A stretch of DNA of 64,000 nt from Lingula anatina (Eukaryota; Animalia; Brachiopoda): assembly GCA_051362555.1 (NCBI GenBank), contig CM120642.1:31000001-31064000 (forward strand), written 5' to 3'. Shown here one piece after another: positions 36,677-49,904 of this stretch. The translations under genes were made by a program, and so were the position numbers. Each line of letters opens with the position of its first letter. Position 1 is the stretch's first letter. The notes under the pieces were generated by a model that saw nothing but the letters and a program-made list of their open reading frames with translations, ran no database searches and was not told where the DNA came from.

Positions 36677-39600
36677 TGGGGGGGGGGGGGGGGGGGTATT
36701 GATGTTGAGAGTATTGAAGCCGGGGGATATATATTGCTACTTGTTCCTGTGCTCACATAAATTGAAATTCTAATATTGTAAATGCAACTTAAACATTTGA
36801 TAACCAATGTATCTTATCTAAATAAATAACAGGTTCATTCAAATTATCAGCTGACCTGAAAAATAGTATACCGTGAATCTAAAACAATAAAAATAAACCC
36901 AAAATTACAGAAAATAAAAATAATTAATTAAAATTAAAAATAATAAAAACAATTTAAAGACTATAGCTAGTTTTCTAATTGTAAGTGTTAAAAACACCCA
37001 AGGATGAAGGCAGGTGGTAGGGGAGGGTGGAGGGTGTACAAATAACAATAAAGAAACGTAAGTAATAATACAGTATAGCTGCTAAAACTGCGGGTAAATA
37101 TATCCGCAGCTACAAAGCTGAATGACTTCTCACTGAATGCAGCTCGATGGAATTAATCTCCAAAACATCTTTCATAGAATATACTTGTGTGTGCCTTGAT
37201 ACACAGCAGCTAAGACATTCCTTAACCCTGGACATCTGTTATCACCTTGTCTTGGTCAACTACTTAAGGTCAAAATGTGCAGACACAAGACCCAAACAAA
37301 ACGTTGATGTATTACCAAAAAGTTAATAGCACCACTAAAACAAACCATTTGCTACATAAATACAATTAATTCTCTTAATTGTAGTTGCACGCTTCATAAG
37401 ACCTTTTTATATGCGCACCTTGTACATCATCTACACCTACATTGCCATGCTGGAAACAGCAGAGGACCACCATGACCCCTGTGGCGCGCGGTTCCTGTCA
37501 TGCGCACTTCGTATTTCCGCAAAAGATGAAAAAGGTTAATTGGGAGTTATTTTAGGCACCACTGCTGGACTCCAAGTTTGGAGTCACTTGGACTCCGATT
37601 TTATTCTCAGTGAACTCATGTAATCCGATAATCAGCTAATATGAAACAAATGTGCTGTAAGACATTGTGTAGTTTTATGACTTACCTACCAATAACCCAC
37701 AAGCTGAAAGTCCACCCGAAACCGAGCCAAACAACATCTGTAGCATGGTCCTATCGTACACTATCTTGAATTTGTCACGTATTCTCTCCTGAATGTCTGA
37801 TGACAACCGCTCGACATCATCGGTTTGCTGTTCTTCATTTGCGCTGCCTTTGATTAATTCTGGTTTGGTAACAACAGAAAAAGATGTCAATTATTGTCAC
37901 TTATTATTTCCCGAGGTTTAATCGCGTGTGAGAGAGAATTGATTGAATAGAAAATAACATGTAATTTTCGAGATTTGTTTTTGTATATGTCAAAGTGAAT
38001 TAAATTTGGACCATAGGAAATGGTGTTATATATAATTACTTTTGATTCTTTATTCAAAAATGAACTGCCTGTCAAACTTACGTTCGAGAAAGTCCTGATA
38101 CTGTTTTTCTACAGTTATCTCTGTAAGAAAGACGATTTAGATATAAAATATGTTGGTAATTAATATTAATAATAATAATAATATTTATTTATAGTCTAAA
38201 ATCCAACATGTGTTCAGTAGACTTTACAAAAATTATAAAATTCAACTTAAAAGAAAAATATTGCTAATGGTCATAAGATGAAAAAAAAGGAAAATGATTA
38301 TAGAAAAATATTAAAGATTTAAAAAAAAGGATATATAAAACGGATAAAAAAGGGGAAATTTAAAACTATGACTAAGAACAGTTTTTCTTAAGAAGTGTTT
38401 TTTCAGGAATTTAAAAATAATATTGTTTAAAAAAGTGGGTTTTTAGTTCCTTTTTAAAATGTCCAGGGTCCACAATTTGTCTAAGACTGATGGGTAAAAT
38501 ATTCCACTCTTTTGGTGCTGCAAATTTAAAAGCTTTATCACCGTATGATACTAATCTTGCCTTATAAGCCTTAAGAAGAAGGTGATCACCTGATCTGAGA
38601 TTTCTTGATGGCACGTAGTGTAAAACAAGCTCATTTAAATAAGAAGGTGCAAGTTTATAAAATGCTGCAAATGTTAAAAGTTTGAATAAAATGCGTGCTC
38701 GGACAGGGAGCCAGTGCAACATCATTAAAACAGGAGTAATGTGGTTGTCTTTTGGAGTGCGGGTCAGTAGGCGAGCAGATATATTATGTACACGCTGTAG
38801 CCGTTTGATTTGTTGTCTGAAGATCCATAAAGAAGGAAGTTGCAGAAATCAAGTCTTGATGTTACCAGGGCATGTATAACCGTTGCTGTAGTAGAGTCGG
38901 TTAAATGTATTCGTAAGGAACCAATGTTTCTAATATTGAACATACATGTTTTAGATTCGTGCAGTTCATCAAACCGATTATGAGCCAAAATCAAAACATA
39001 TGCAAACTTCTAGGGAACGTATTGGTAGAGTTTAAGTCAATGTAAAAAATGATCAAAAAAATAAAAAATTTATGAAAACATCAAAATAAAAATCTACAAA
39101 ATACAACTGTGCTATTTTTTTCATTACCTGTGAGTTTTTCTATCAACTTCACCAGTTCACCTTTTTCATCTTTGGCTGTTTTAAAATGCGTTGCGACAAG
39201 ATTCTCCCTTTTGATTGCTTTCATCACGACGTCAGCCACGTTTTCATTCCCGTTAGTTTTCATGCAACTGCAAAAGAGACCCTGTAAAGGAAATGTACAG
39301 CATACATTCGTAACGTAATCGCCTAATGAACACAAAACGAAACCAGATATATTTTATTAGGCAGGGAAACAACTTCTTCAAGCTAGTTTCTCTATACCAG
39401 TAGATAAAATTCCAAAGTATTAAACATTTATTAGTATGAAAAAAAGTGTAATTGAATGACTCATTTAGAACTTTCAAGAATACAGTTCTTCAAAAAAAAA
39501 AAAAAAAAACTGATCCTTTTGATAATCCAATCGTCTTTTGAGATAAGGTGCCAACATTTTAGACTAAAGAATTCCGCTGCTCTATTCCATATGCACCTTT

Positions 39601-42600
39601 ACATTTCCAGTAGTAAAAATTAGCATTTTATTCTATGTACGGTTATTTCAAAGGTCAAATAGCAGTCTTTTAACCTACTAGCAGTTTTATTTAAACATGT
39701 AGGATATTATCATTATCATTGCAATGTTCTTATCATTTTATGTACAGCCAACTTCAATCCACTGTGTTGCAATCCGCTGTTTTAATAGACTGATATTATA
39801 TACATGTATTGAATGTGATGTAGTGCACTTGCATTCAATAATCTCATTGTTTGTCCAAATGTGATTGTGATGTCACAATAAGGAAGTGTCAGTTTACAAC
39901 TATGATGTCGTAACCGCACCCATAGCCAAATAAACCCTGAAGAGACCCAGTCTGGGAACAAAATTTCAGTGATATTTATCAGTGATATCTATCAGTGGAA
40001 TATCACATATGAGAAGGTCAATATAAAACTACTTAACGCGTTTAAGTTCGTTAACATATTTATAAACGAATCTGTCCATTTTTTTCAAATCTGTTATGCA
40101 AATGGACACAATGTGCAACTGCAGGATTGAAAGAGTCCCATAGAGTCTGCCATAAAAATGGTGTGACATGCCTCAAAGTTTTTATGTATCAAAGTCTAAA
40201 TTATCAGTAAAGGAATTCGATTCATATCCAGATCCAAGATGATGTACAAAGACCGACCGGTAAGGATTAATACTTTTTTTATAATTAAAGTATAACGGTT
40301 ACAGTGAAACAGAGAAACGAACGTGTATCTTTGAGACATTTAAACATACACTGGGCCGAATGTTCAAAATTGGTCTATTTGTATAGACGTATTGGTCTAG
40401 TGGTAACCATGCCCACGATGGAATTGAGAGGGTGTGGGTTCGACTTCCAGACAAATCCATTTTTGAAAAGAATCAAACTCCTGCTTCCCAATATGGTCTG
40501 ATACTGACATACACGCGTCCTTGTTCTTAATCAATCGGTAAATGACAGAATTCATGATAATGTAACAAAGGTAATCAGTACTTCATTCCTAGCCCACTGG
40601 TTTGGCATTTATTGGTTGAACATTGCCAAATTAGAAACAAACGCGCAACAATAATACAACGATTAAAGCTGCTCAGTAAAGAAAAAACAATATATTCAAA
40701 CAAAAACATCACTCTTATGTTACTCATGCTATTTTATTTCGAATATCATAAGGTTATCTTTAAAAGGGATTTTGAGTAATAAAACATAAAATTTTTAAAC
40801 AGAAGCAAAGCGCATTTCACCGTATCTAAAATAATACTATCTTATATAATGTTGTAAACATTAAAACATTGTATGATGTTTCTATGTTACGTGCTGGTAT
40901 CAAGGCTTAATTTATTTATTTGCGCAATATCTTACTTAAGAGGGCGTCCTTAAGAGCAAGGGGCATTAATAACTACTTACCTTGGTATCATATGGAACAA
41001 CTAGTACATGCTTATGTTCGAAATGCGTTTCACAAGTAAATTGGACTGGGAGTTCAACTGTGTCATATAATTCAGGGTCCAGAGGAAAGGATATTTTCAA
41101 CGTTAACCCAGTTGCTGTCTTGGTTGTTTCCTCTAGTTTTACATTTTCTGGCTTAGCGGCGGCATCTAAATGAATGCAAATATATGTACCGGTAATGTGC
41201 ATCAGTTACATGATTCCTAAAATAGTTTGATTTAGCAATAGGCTCACGTCAACGGTTTTTCTAGATCTGAAACAATCTCTTTACTATTCACATTAATGAA
41301 GTCCTAGTTAAATTAAATTACTTTAAAAATCCTCGTGAAAATGCATAAACAACAGAAAAATGTCAAGAGGATAATGATGGGGCAGTATCATTTTCAACAC
41401 CACTGCCGCTGCATATAGCTCATAAGGTCTGACCGGAAATACACCAAGAAATAGATATGTTCCATTTTTGCGAAAGTAAAATTTTATTAGAATTGTAAAT
41501 CCAAAACAAATTGATTCTGGGTCCATTAACTTCATATTCTTTAGCATTTAAACGGGATTTTAACACTTAGACTGGGGCTTTCCTTCCATTGAGGTGAGTT
41601 GACAAGCCAATAGGAACAGTCAAATTGAGACATCCTCTCTTGTGACCGGCCCTTTACTATCATTGAAAGGTATTAGAGAGCATGGACATTATGTCAATGG
41701 AGAGAGTTAGTGGGCACTGTTCAGATAACAAGCCAGTCATTTCAAAAAGGACAAGGTCAAATTAGTTTATCACAGGGGAATAGATGCCTTCCCTTGGTCC
41801 AGAAGGCTGGGTGGGGTGTAATCACACAGCAGTCAACCTTGATAAGGTCTTATACACTATACATGTATGTATGGTTGATGTACTCTTTACAACTATTTAA
41901 ACATTACGCAACGCAGACAGAGATGCGCGTTACTCAGCACCTAGGTGTGAAATGGTTACCGCAAATAAACATACGAAAGGGTATCTCTGGCGACAACCGT
42001 ATTGTGCCTAACCATAAGGGGGTTAAACTCACAAGGTATATAGAGTACGCTGATAATCCTGGTATTTTATTTCTTTTACACACAGTACACTTGAAATAAT
42101 ATGCGAAAAGAGTTAACTTATATCTGGGCTTTCTTCGTCACAAATTTGCCCATGAAATATAACTCAGGTAATGTGCTTATTTCTGCCCCGATGTTGTGAG
42201 CTTTTCGATGCACAGGGGTATTTTCAGTTAATCTATTGCAGACTATATAGTAGCGACCCCAGTGCGCTCAAAGATATAGTAATTCAGAGACAAAGCCATT
42301 GATCTGTATTAGATAACATTTCTGCTTTAACTGCTTCACAATAAAACCAAAATTAGCAATTACTGAAAGTAATAATTACAATAATTTTGGGTTTACATAC
42401 AAAAATGTACAATATTTTATTAGCTATTGAACCATTTAGTGCTACGAGCTCAGCAATATCATCCCCAACCAGCAGACAATCAAAGAATGAAATTTCATTC
42501 CACAATACTAGCTCCAAGCATAAAGGAGGCGCCAGGAAACTGGTGCCATTAACACAAGCGGACACACGATTCTGAAAAGACCCTTCGAGATGTGAATTTA

Positions 42601-45600
42601 CTTTTTGACTTCCCTTTCTTCTAATGCGAGCATTTGTATAGTGATTATTGATTGTTTAGAGGAAACACAATATTGATACGCACCCGTTTTTTCATAAATA
42701 CTTTGCAAACTACACGTATTATATAATTTCCATCTTTCAAACTTACAATGAAATGTGAACCAATCAAAAGCATCATATTCTCCATACACTTCCATTTTCA
42801 GACAGCCATTATGGTACTCTGAAAGTTAAATGTTGAACATGCACAATGGTTATTACAAATATTTTAATTGACAAATTAAATCCAATCAAAATTCTCAGGG
42901 AGAAAATAAATTTGAATTCAGCATGTTTAACCAAAATGTCTCAGGCCCGTAGCCAGCAATTTCAAAAGGGAGGTTCTTTTTCTGAAAAGTGGACCTTTTT
43001 CCATAAAAACTTCATGTACCTAGATCAAATTTTACAAAGAGTGGACCTTTTCCCAGCAAAAGGGGTGGTTCTTTCGAACCCCCCGAACCCCCCCCCCCCC
43101 CCCTGGCTACGGGCCTGTGTCTCATATAAACTTTGGTTTTACTATATATAAAATCTTCTGTACACCAAAGAGGCATCAATTCCAATTTGAAATATATATC
43201 TAAATATATTATTTGAGAGATATATTTAAAGTAAACAAACATGACTGGAATTGGCACAGAAGTATCAGTACCCCTTTATTTAACACCATGGAAATGCACT
43301 CACCAACTTAAAATCCAGGGAAATCGTAGAAGTATAAGTAATCACCATAATAGATGTAATACATGTACCCTTTGATGTCAAGGATTCTGTTAAGTTTGCA
43401 ACATTAAATCATGAGCCCCTCTGTTGTATACGTCTGGAGCTTGAGAAACTAAATATATCATTTGCAAGTAAATCAAACAAACCAAGCCATACCTGCATCC
43501 TGGAGGTGCAGCTGAGGGTCGAGCAAGTACTCTGCCTGCGCATCAATGGACTCAAATGTGTGCAAGTTGCTGTGATAGTGATTCTTAAAACTATTCAGAT
43601 ACGCATCAATACACTGTTTTTCACTTGCCATCCGTGACTCAGATAACTCACCTGGAAAAGATGCACACCAACATGTGCTAGCAAAAGACATGTTTCTTAA
43701 AGAGTAAATCTATATGGTGAAAATCAGTATATACCTCATTTTGACATTGACTATAATTAAGTCTCGAACACTTTGGTTCCGTAAAGTTTGTTACACTTAA
43801 ATACAGATGAAGTGATATGTTGGAGGGAGACACTCCATTTATGGGAACTTTGCTATCATACATGTATTTATTGAGCAACCTCCATATTTTTTTCCTTAAA
43901 ATATTTATAATACACCATTCAATAATCTTTCAGTCTCTACCAATTGAAAAAAATTTCCATATCTCAACATTAAGCCTTTCTGTTCGTGATTTTGTACTTT
44001 AATACATAAATAAAAGTCCAATCTTTAAACATGATATTTCAAGCCACAATATCCACTATTCGACTTCGAAATCAACCAATTATGACTGACTTTCGGGATT
44101 AACGATAATTCAGGCCTCCTTTTTACCATTGGTGGCTCCATTGAGAAATTTCTCCTGACCCACGGGAGTAAGTCCAGTAATTTGCTTCTCGTCCTGTTGT
44201 GCCATTGGCAAGAAAACTAAAACGAATAAACGGTTACAGTGGTGGACAATGGAAAATTATGGCATCTATAAATCATACTATATTGTTGACCATTTCATTG
44301 CTTTAATTATCTTTTATTCTGCTTTTATACTCTAAGCCCATTCTTGTTTAGTTTATTTGCAGACGATTTACTAAAAGGTATAGACAATCCAAAAAGTTAC
44401 CCCCCCCCCCCCCCCTGTAATAAATAACAAACCAGTGTCTGGGTTATTGTATGCTGATGACCTGGATCTCTTTTCAAAAAGACCATTAGGTCTCCAATAC
44501 AGTCTGGATTGTCTAAGAAAGTGCTGTAAACTATGGAGACTTTCGATAAACATTTAAAAAAAACCCAAGTTGTTATTTTCAACAGCAAAGGAAAAATCAC
44601 AGACGGCACCACTCAAAGTAAACACAAATTCTACATTTGCGGTAAACTACTCACTATCTCGTCTAGCTACAACTACCTAGGAATTCTTTTCACTACATCC
44701 GGCAAATTCGCCGCAGCCTTAACAAGATTAAAAGAAAAAGTACAAATAGCCTTTTTTTGCACTAAAGGGTCACTTCCCTCTAACCAGCCCTATTAAATCA
44801 TCCCTCCAGGAAAAACTATTCGATACCATGATAATGCCCATTGCAACGTACGGATCAGAGGTCTGGGGCTATAGCACCCTAACAGACAGATCGCCATCGG
44901 AAAAATTAAACCTTGTTTTTTCTAAACAACTTTTAGGTGTTCACTCAAAATCATCAAACCATGCAGTAAGAGGAGAGATTGGAAGAATTCCTACTTACAT
45001 AAAGATTAAAACACATCTAATAAAATCTTGGCTCAAAATATTACGCTCGGACGAAAACAACCTACTCAAACAAGCATATCTAGAGGAATTACAATATTAC
45101 AATCTACTCTCGGCAAAAAGCCTGTCAAATCTGAATGATGATAACCTCTCATGGAGTGAAGATATCATGAAACTCCTGTTCGAAAACGGATTTGGGGATG
45201 TATGGCTAAAACAGAATACTCACATAAACTTCCTAAGCACATCAAGAGAACGCATCATCAGTGGATTCATACAAAACTGGCACAGTGAGCTTGAGGACAA
45301 ATCTAAATTCAGAGCCTATTGCCAATTCAAGAACACATTTAAAAAAAAGAAAAATATCTAGATATTCTTCATGATACTGATAAGAGAAAAAAAAACTAAG
45401 TCGATTTTGCACCAGTGGGCATAAACTCCACATTGAAACAGGCAGATACACTAACACTCCTCGGTCAGACAGAAAATGCCATCACTATTCTAAAGACAAA
45501 ATTGAAGATAAAAAACACTTCCTAACAACGTGCCCCCTATTTAACGACCTGAGAACAATATTATATAAGGTATTTACAAAACACTGTACACACATTGGCC

Positions 45601-47782
45601 CCAAAACAACCGATGAAAAGTGTACTATCACTATGAAATCTCAAGAAGAAGAAACCCTCTTTGCATTAGCTCAGTTTCTCTCCTCCGCTTTTGCTAGGAG
45701 GGATCTAGAAGACAGTGCTGCACCCATCGGCAATTGAGTAATATTGATAGAAACTTGAGTTAATTAATTAATTTATTCATTTATTTATTTATTTTATTAA
45801 TTCTTCTTATTATTATTTTAGTAAGTAAATAGTCTTACTCATCGTAATTGCTTAATAGTATATTCACTAAAATTATATTTACATTGTCATTTTCATCCAC
45901 CCAGGTGGATGCATACGTTACAGTGAAATAAACATTACTTTATTGAAAGGAAGTACTTTAGCACCCCCATATCCGACATTGGTTCCCCCGAAAGGTATGA
46001 TAATTTCCACACACTTATTTCATAGAAATGACCTTATGAATTCCCGTGAAAGGTCCTAGTTATAAAACTGCAACTTTTTGAATCACATTGGACCAGGCAA
46101 GGGATACCAACACTTCGTATGAGATTAATTACACTGTGTGCACTGTGTCATAGAAATATAATTAAATTTTACGACCAGAACAGTTGTTACCGCATTTATT
46201 CTAGGGTCTGTTCTTGCATTGGACCACGAACTAGAGCGTGACCTCCGTAGATGGTTACCCTCTGTATTTGACTCTTAAACCACGGCTAGCACGTAGAAAA
46301 AAAGCCTCGGCCGTGATGTATTCGACGTACAAGCACGTCATGTACGAGTGCGTTCCACGGTCTGTTGTACTACTAGTGTAGTAGCCAATCAGAGGCCATG
46401 GTTTAAGCCAGATACAACACTCGTCGCCGAGCTTTACGTGAAAATTACTCGTGTCTTGTCTCGCCTGCGGCTCGCCAATACACTCGTTATATTTCACGTA
46501 CAGCTCGGCGACTCGTATTGTATCTATCACTTAATAGATTATTACAACAAACTAGGCCTTTTAGAAGAAAAACGGGGACTATCTTTATATATAGGAACGG
46601 ATTCATTAACCATTGACAAGTAAGGGAACTTTGTCATTTACCCCAGGAAATTCTATTTTTCGCCAAAATGAACAGTTCTTATTCCTTTAAAATGAATGAA
46701 AAATATACAAATACTAAGATCCCATTTACCTTTTTCCGCACCTTCAACATAATTGGTAGCCGGTAAATCTTTATCACTATAAGCCTGTGCACCTTTGCCC
46801 AAACATTGCCGAGGGGCAAGAACTTCAAACCAACCTGCGTCATTCTCCATTCCGACGTTTTCGATCAAAACATCGTCCCCAGTCTTTTCGGTAAACGCGG
46901 TAAAATGATCAGACGCAAAACGTGGTGCACCAAATGTAATGCACCGTATCTTTTCACCATCTATTCTTTCTGTTTTTTGTCGCAAATGACACTTCATAAG
47001 TACGGTGACAAGTTGTGCCACCGCTCCTCCAATGTAATGTCCACAAATGATGAGCTCCTCCTCCTTAAACTTTTCTAACAGGGACATCCAAGGGATCCTG
47101 TCCGCTAGTTCCAGTATTATTGATGAAACGGGTCCATCAAATAGACCTTTTGGATGCAAACACATTTTTTTCTGCTCGTCGGTTATATTCTCGCCGCCCG
47201 TGACTGCAAAATCAGGTTATTGTGTAAATTCTAAAGCTAATTATTTGCATAAATACGTTATAATGACTTAAGGGGTGCTTTTGTCTGACCTTACAGTGGA
47301 CCCCATACCCCCTAAAAAGGACATAAATTAATAACCCATGTCAAATTAACAACCCTCTTTTATGAGTTGCTTTGAGTTTATAGTAGTACATTTGTCTGAT
47401 TTTGGGATAATGAAGACATGTTACCTGAAATCGAAATAAATAATTCTTTGGTTCTGTTCCGAGATATTAAGTATCGCAACTTGGCACCAAGGACTTTCAT
47501 TTCCTTTGACAGCTGATATTCCTTGAAGCCATGAATTCCTCGCTCCTTACTGTTCAGAAGGTCCATTGCTTCCTGGTCGTTACGTACATATGCATATTTA
47601 CAACTGATTATGGCTAGTTGCCAATAAGCGGTCCTTTGCATTTTTTTCATTTCCTGACTTGGTTGAGCTGTTGGACTTGGGCTTGGACTTGGATGAGGTT
47701 TTGGACTTGAACTTAAGCTTGCAAATATGTACCACAGAATGGTTGAGACCAACATTACGGCAACAGCGACTCCGAACAGCAT
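33198..47782 (-). CDS. Membrane-anchored class 3 lipase-like (Ser->Tyr) + Gly-rich hydrophobic hairpin + C-terminal P-loop GTPase fusion protein, ~874 aa
   Basis: Phase-consistent GT-AG exons: 47782-47425, 47203-46730, 44216-44127, 43651-43493, 41165-40981, 39281-39128, 38120-38082, 37859-37686, 35373-34799, 33614-33198. Motifs: N-terminal hydrophobic helix; IICGHYIGGAVAQL; RCITFGAP; TPVGQEKFL; GQQNHGKTT (G1); LVDMPA (G3); CFSKCM (G4). Extra small internal exons are possible. Confidence 0.8.
33800..34340 (+). repeat. Decayed HINE-like interspersed repeat in an intron
   Basis: AGACAAACGGACAAACATACAAA microsatellite followed by a short CTCCTT..GGCGGGGG hairpin, and a GGATCCAGATCTGGAT motif. 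Confidence 0.35.
36148..36265 (+). mobile_element. tRNA-derived SINE, 5' portion
   Basis: Pol III A box TGGCGTAATGG and B box GTTCGAACCC, followed by a SINE core-like tract (CTTTAATAAGTAATACCTGCTG) rather than an acceptor stem. Confidence 0.7.
36634..36697. repeat. (TG)n microsatellite followed by poly-G
   Basis: Read directly from the sequence. Confidence 0.95.
38165..38960 (-). mobile_element. L2/CR1-group LINE 3' fragment
   Basis: IHALVTSRLDFCN; LHWLPVRARILFK; APSYL; RNLRS; YGDKAF..AAP.EWN.LP; FKKELKTHFF. The 3' end has a stem-loop-like tract and a (TAT)n tail at 38165-38230. Confidence 0.88.
40388..40470 (+). mobile_element. Degenerate tRNA-derived SINE head
   Basis: A box TGGTCTAGTGG and B box GGTTCGACTTCC at tRNA-like spacing; the stems do not pair. 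Confidence 0.5.
42942..43117 (+). mobile_element. MITE with CAGGCCCGTAGCCAG TIRs and 5-bp target-site duplication
   Basis: TIRs CAGGCCCGTAGCCAG / CTGGCTACGGGCCTG; TGTCT duplicated at 42937-42941 and 43118-43122. Confidence 0.88.
44430..45940 (+). mobile_element. Decayed LINE 3' half (RTEX-like), antisense in an intron
   Basis: GLLYADDL, YNYLG, TYGSEVWG, VRGEIGRIP, SGHKLHIETGRY and IED..HFL..CP; multiple frameshifts; AATAAA near 45928. Confidence 0.85.
46300..46534. mobile_element. Non-autonomous Crypton-like palindromic repeat
   Basis: Imperfect hairpin 46425-46511 centred on CTCGCCTGCGGCTCG; terminus TATCACTTAA. Confidence 0.45.
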
Positions 47783-48882
47783 TGTTATTGAATTGGGCCG
47801 TATACTGCAGGACCTGTAGATTATATTGCACTTGTGAGATATTTATATTATAAAAACACATTCAAATCAAAATGCAGATATTGAGCGCATTCAGAGTTAC
47901 GGACTAACAGATCCGCGGATCAAAAATAGTATGTCTAATCGGGAATTAAGCGCTAAACTTTCGCCATATTTGATCCGCGGATGTGTTAGTCCGCGGTTTT
48001 GAATGCGTACATTCTCGACTAAATTCTTTAAAGGGATAAGAAGCGTTAAGATTTGTTTCTTTATAGATAATGCAGAAACAAATATGTTCATATTACATGT
48101 ATGAAATAATACTGCCACATTAAAAAAAACGGTTAGCTTATTAGAACAAGAAAAAGAGCTACATGTATTTTGCCAAATATAAGCTTTTAGACGTATCAAA
48201 CAGCCAGTGATATAATTAGACAGACTACGTACGTAAACTATTGTAGGAGAATAATTTTGAAGCATTGTTTTTTTACTATGGTAGATGGAGAACAATGTAA
48301 AGTGACCAACATGCATAGCCTTCCAAGATGAGCCCCGGACGTAACTAGAGATTTCTACGCCAAGAGAGTGTATCTTGAGGATCAAACAGCTTTATCTATA
48401 GTACAAAGTCTGTTTAGGTGCTGTAAGTACATGTATATAATCTGGTAATCTGCAGTAGGTCTTAGTACTGACTGGTTACATGAGTAGTATCATCAAATAG
48501 AAGGTGATGAGGAAAAGCAGGTTTTAGTGTTAGAACATTTCGAGAGCTCTTTTATTTCGCGTTCTTTGTAAGATGCAAGCAGAAAATGTTTATAATTTGG
48601 GCCCACGCCCTGAGGACTCCGTACAGCCCGAATGTAACGGCAGTGCCCTCAATCTGGGCAAAGCCTTCGATTTATTAAAGGCGATTGGTCAGAACCAGAT
48701 AAAATCATTTTTGGATTATTCGAGAAAAAAATTAAGCATTCCCATGATACACACTTAAAAGGAGAAGGAAACAAAGTCGTACATAACTTCAATGGGGCTA
48801 TTTCCGGAGCCGTTTGTCCTAAAGAGGGCGGTGGGGTAAAAGTGGTTATTGAAGATAGCCTCGTTTTCGCGTCCGTGTAGAA

Positions 48883-49796
48883 ATGGCTTTAGAGTATGGG
48901 AAGCAAACGGTGGCGAAGTTAAAACTTCAACTAGTTGAAATTGGAACCTCCACAAGAGGAAAGAAACAGGATTTGATAGAAAGGTTAGTGTATTTACTTG
49001 TAAATTTGTCAATTGTATCACTAACATTGAAGGTTTCGCGCTCGAATCTTCCCGTAAAATATGGGTTTCTGTGTGAGCTCCCTGTCAAAAGCCAGGTGTA
49101 AGCGGCGGCTAGTTCCGCACTACTTATATGCCTAATTTATTACTATATTTCAAGATAATGATATTGTCATTGCATATTTCCATATTCCGAGAATATAATG
49201 CAGGATATATGTTTAAAATATGTTTATTGTAGGCCCTCCTAGTCGATAAAGGATCTTTCGTTTCGGTAATCAAATTTCGTGTAACAGGTCCGACATTTAA
49301 CACATGCCTTGTGTCAACGCAAATTTGTAAGGGAGAAACAAGGCTTGATGCGTGTTTTATGTCAATGACAGTTGACATAACTAAGTGTAGATGAGGTAGA
49401 CAATCAAAACAGTGTTTGCCAAGAATGTAAGCATCGTTTTGCCTTTTTTTTCTCTTTTTTAATTCTAGCCATTCATTGAACTGATATTTTCATTATACAT
49501 GTAGTTATATGACTGTTTTTTCCTCTACTAGACTTGAGGCATATGACAGGAACAACAATTTTGCTAAGGACAGCATCGTCCTCCCAGCCCCCACTATTGT
49601 CATTTGGTCAACCTCGGGTTTTAAACAACTGCAAGCAGAGCACCATAAACTCATTCAACGTCTATATCCATCAGTAGCTGAAGGCTACTTTCTGTACCAG
49701 CAAGTGTGCGATGGAGAAGGGGCAAGAGATTTAAAGGCGCTTGAAAAGGGAGATAAGCTATTGCAAGCAAAGTTAGATAAGAATTTTGAAAGATAA
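48883..49796 (+). pseudogene. Truncated spliced SAP-domain gene, probably transposon-borne (Kolobok-like); exons 48883-48983 and 49532-49796
   Basis: YGKQTVAKLKLQLVEIGTSTRGKKQDLIER|LEAYD is a SAP motif completed by a phase-2 GT-AG intron. It ends after KALEKGDKLL. TTAAAAGGAG at ~48755 resembles a Kolobok end. Confidence 0.6.
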
Positions 49797-49904
49797 CCTT
49801 AAATACACTTTTGCATTCATTTGATAGAGCTCTCATGTAGTAACAATTTGCTGTAGTTGACAGTGTCAACTGTTTTCAATTATTTGTCGATTTTTTAAAC
49901 ATCA

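Larger units (their letters stand above)
35584..37612. mobile_element. Non-autonomous CACTA/EnSpm-type element (CACTG ends)
   Basis: TIRs CACTGTGAATAAAATTGGAGTC / GACTCCGATTTTATTCTCAGTG, 2-bp AA flanks, and many GAGTC/GACTC subterminal repeats at 35600-35770 and 37568-37600. Confidence 0.75.

Noticed and set aside
46191-46261. Possible extra exon EGNHLRRSRSSSWSNARTDPRINA of the lipase-GTPase gene
   Set aside because: It ends in phase 0 while the next exon needs phase 1; no compensating exon was found.
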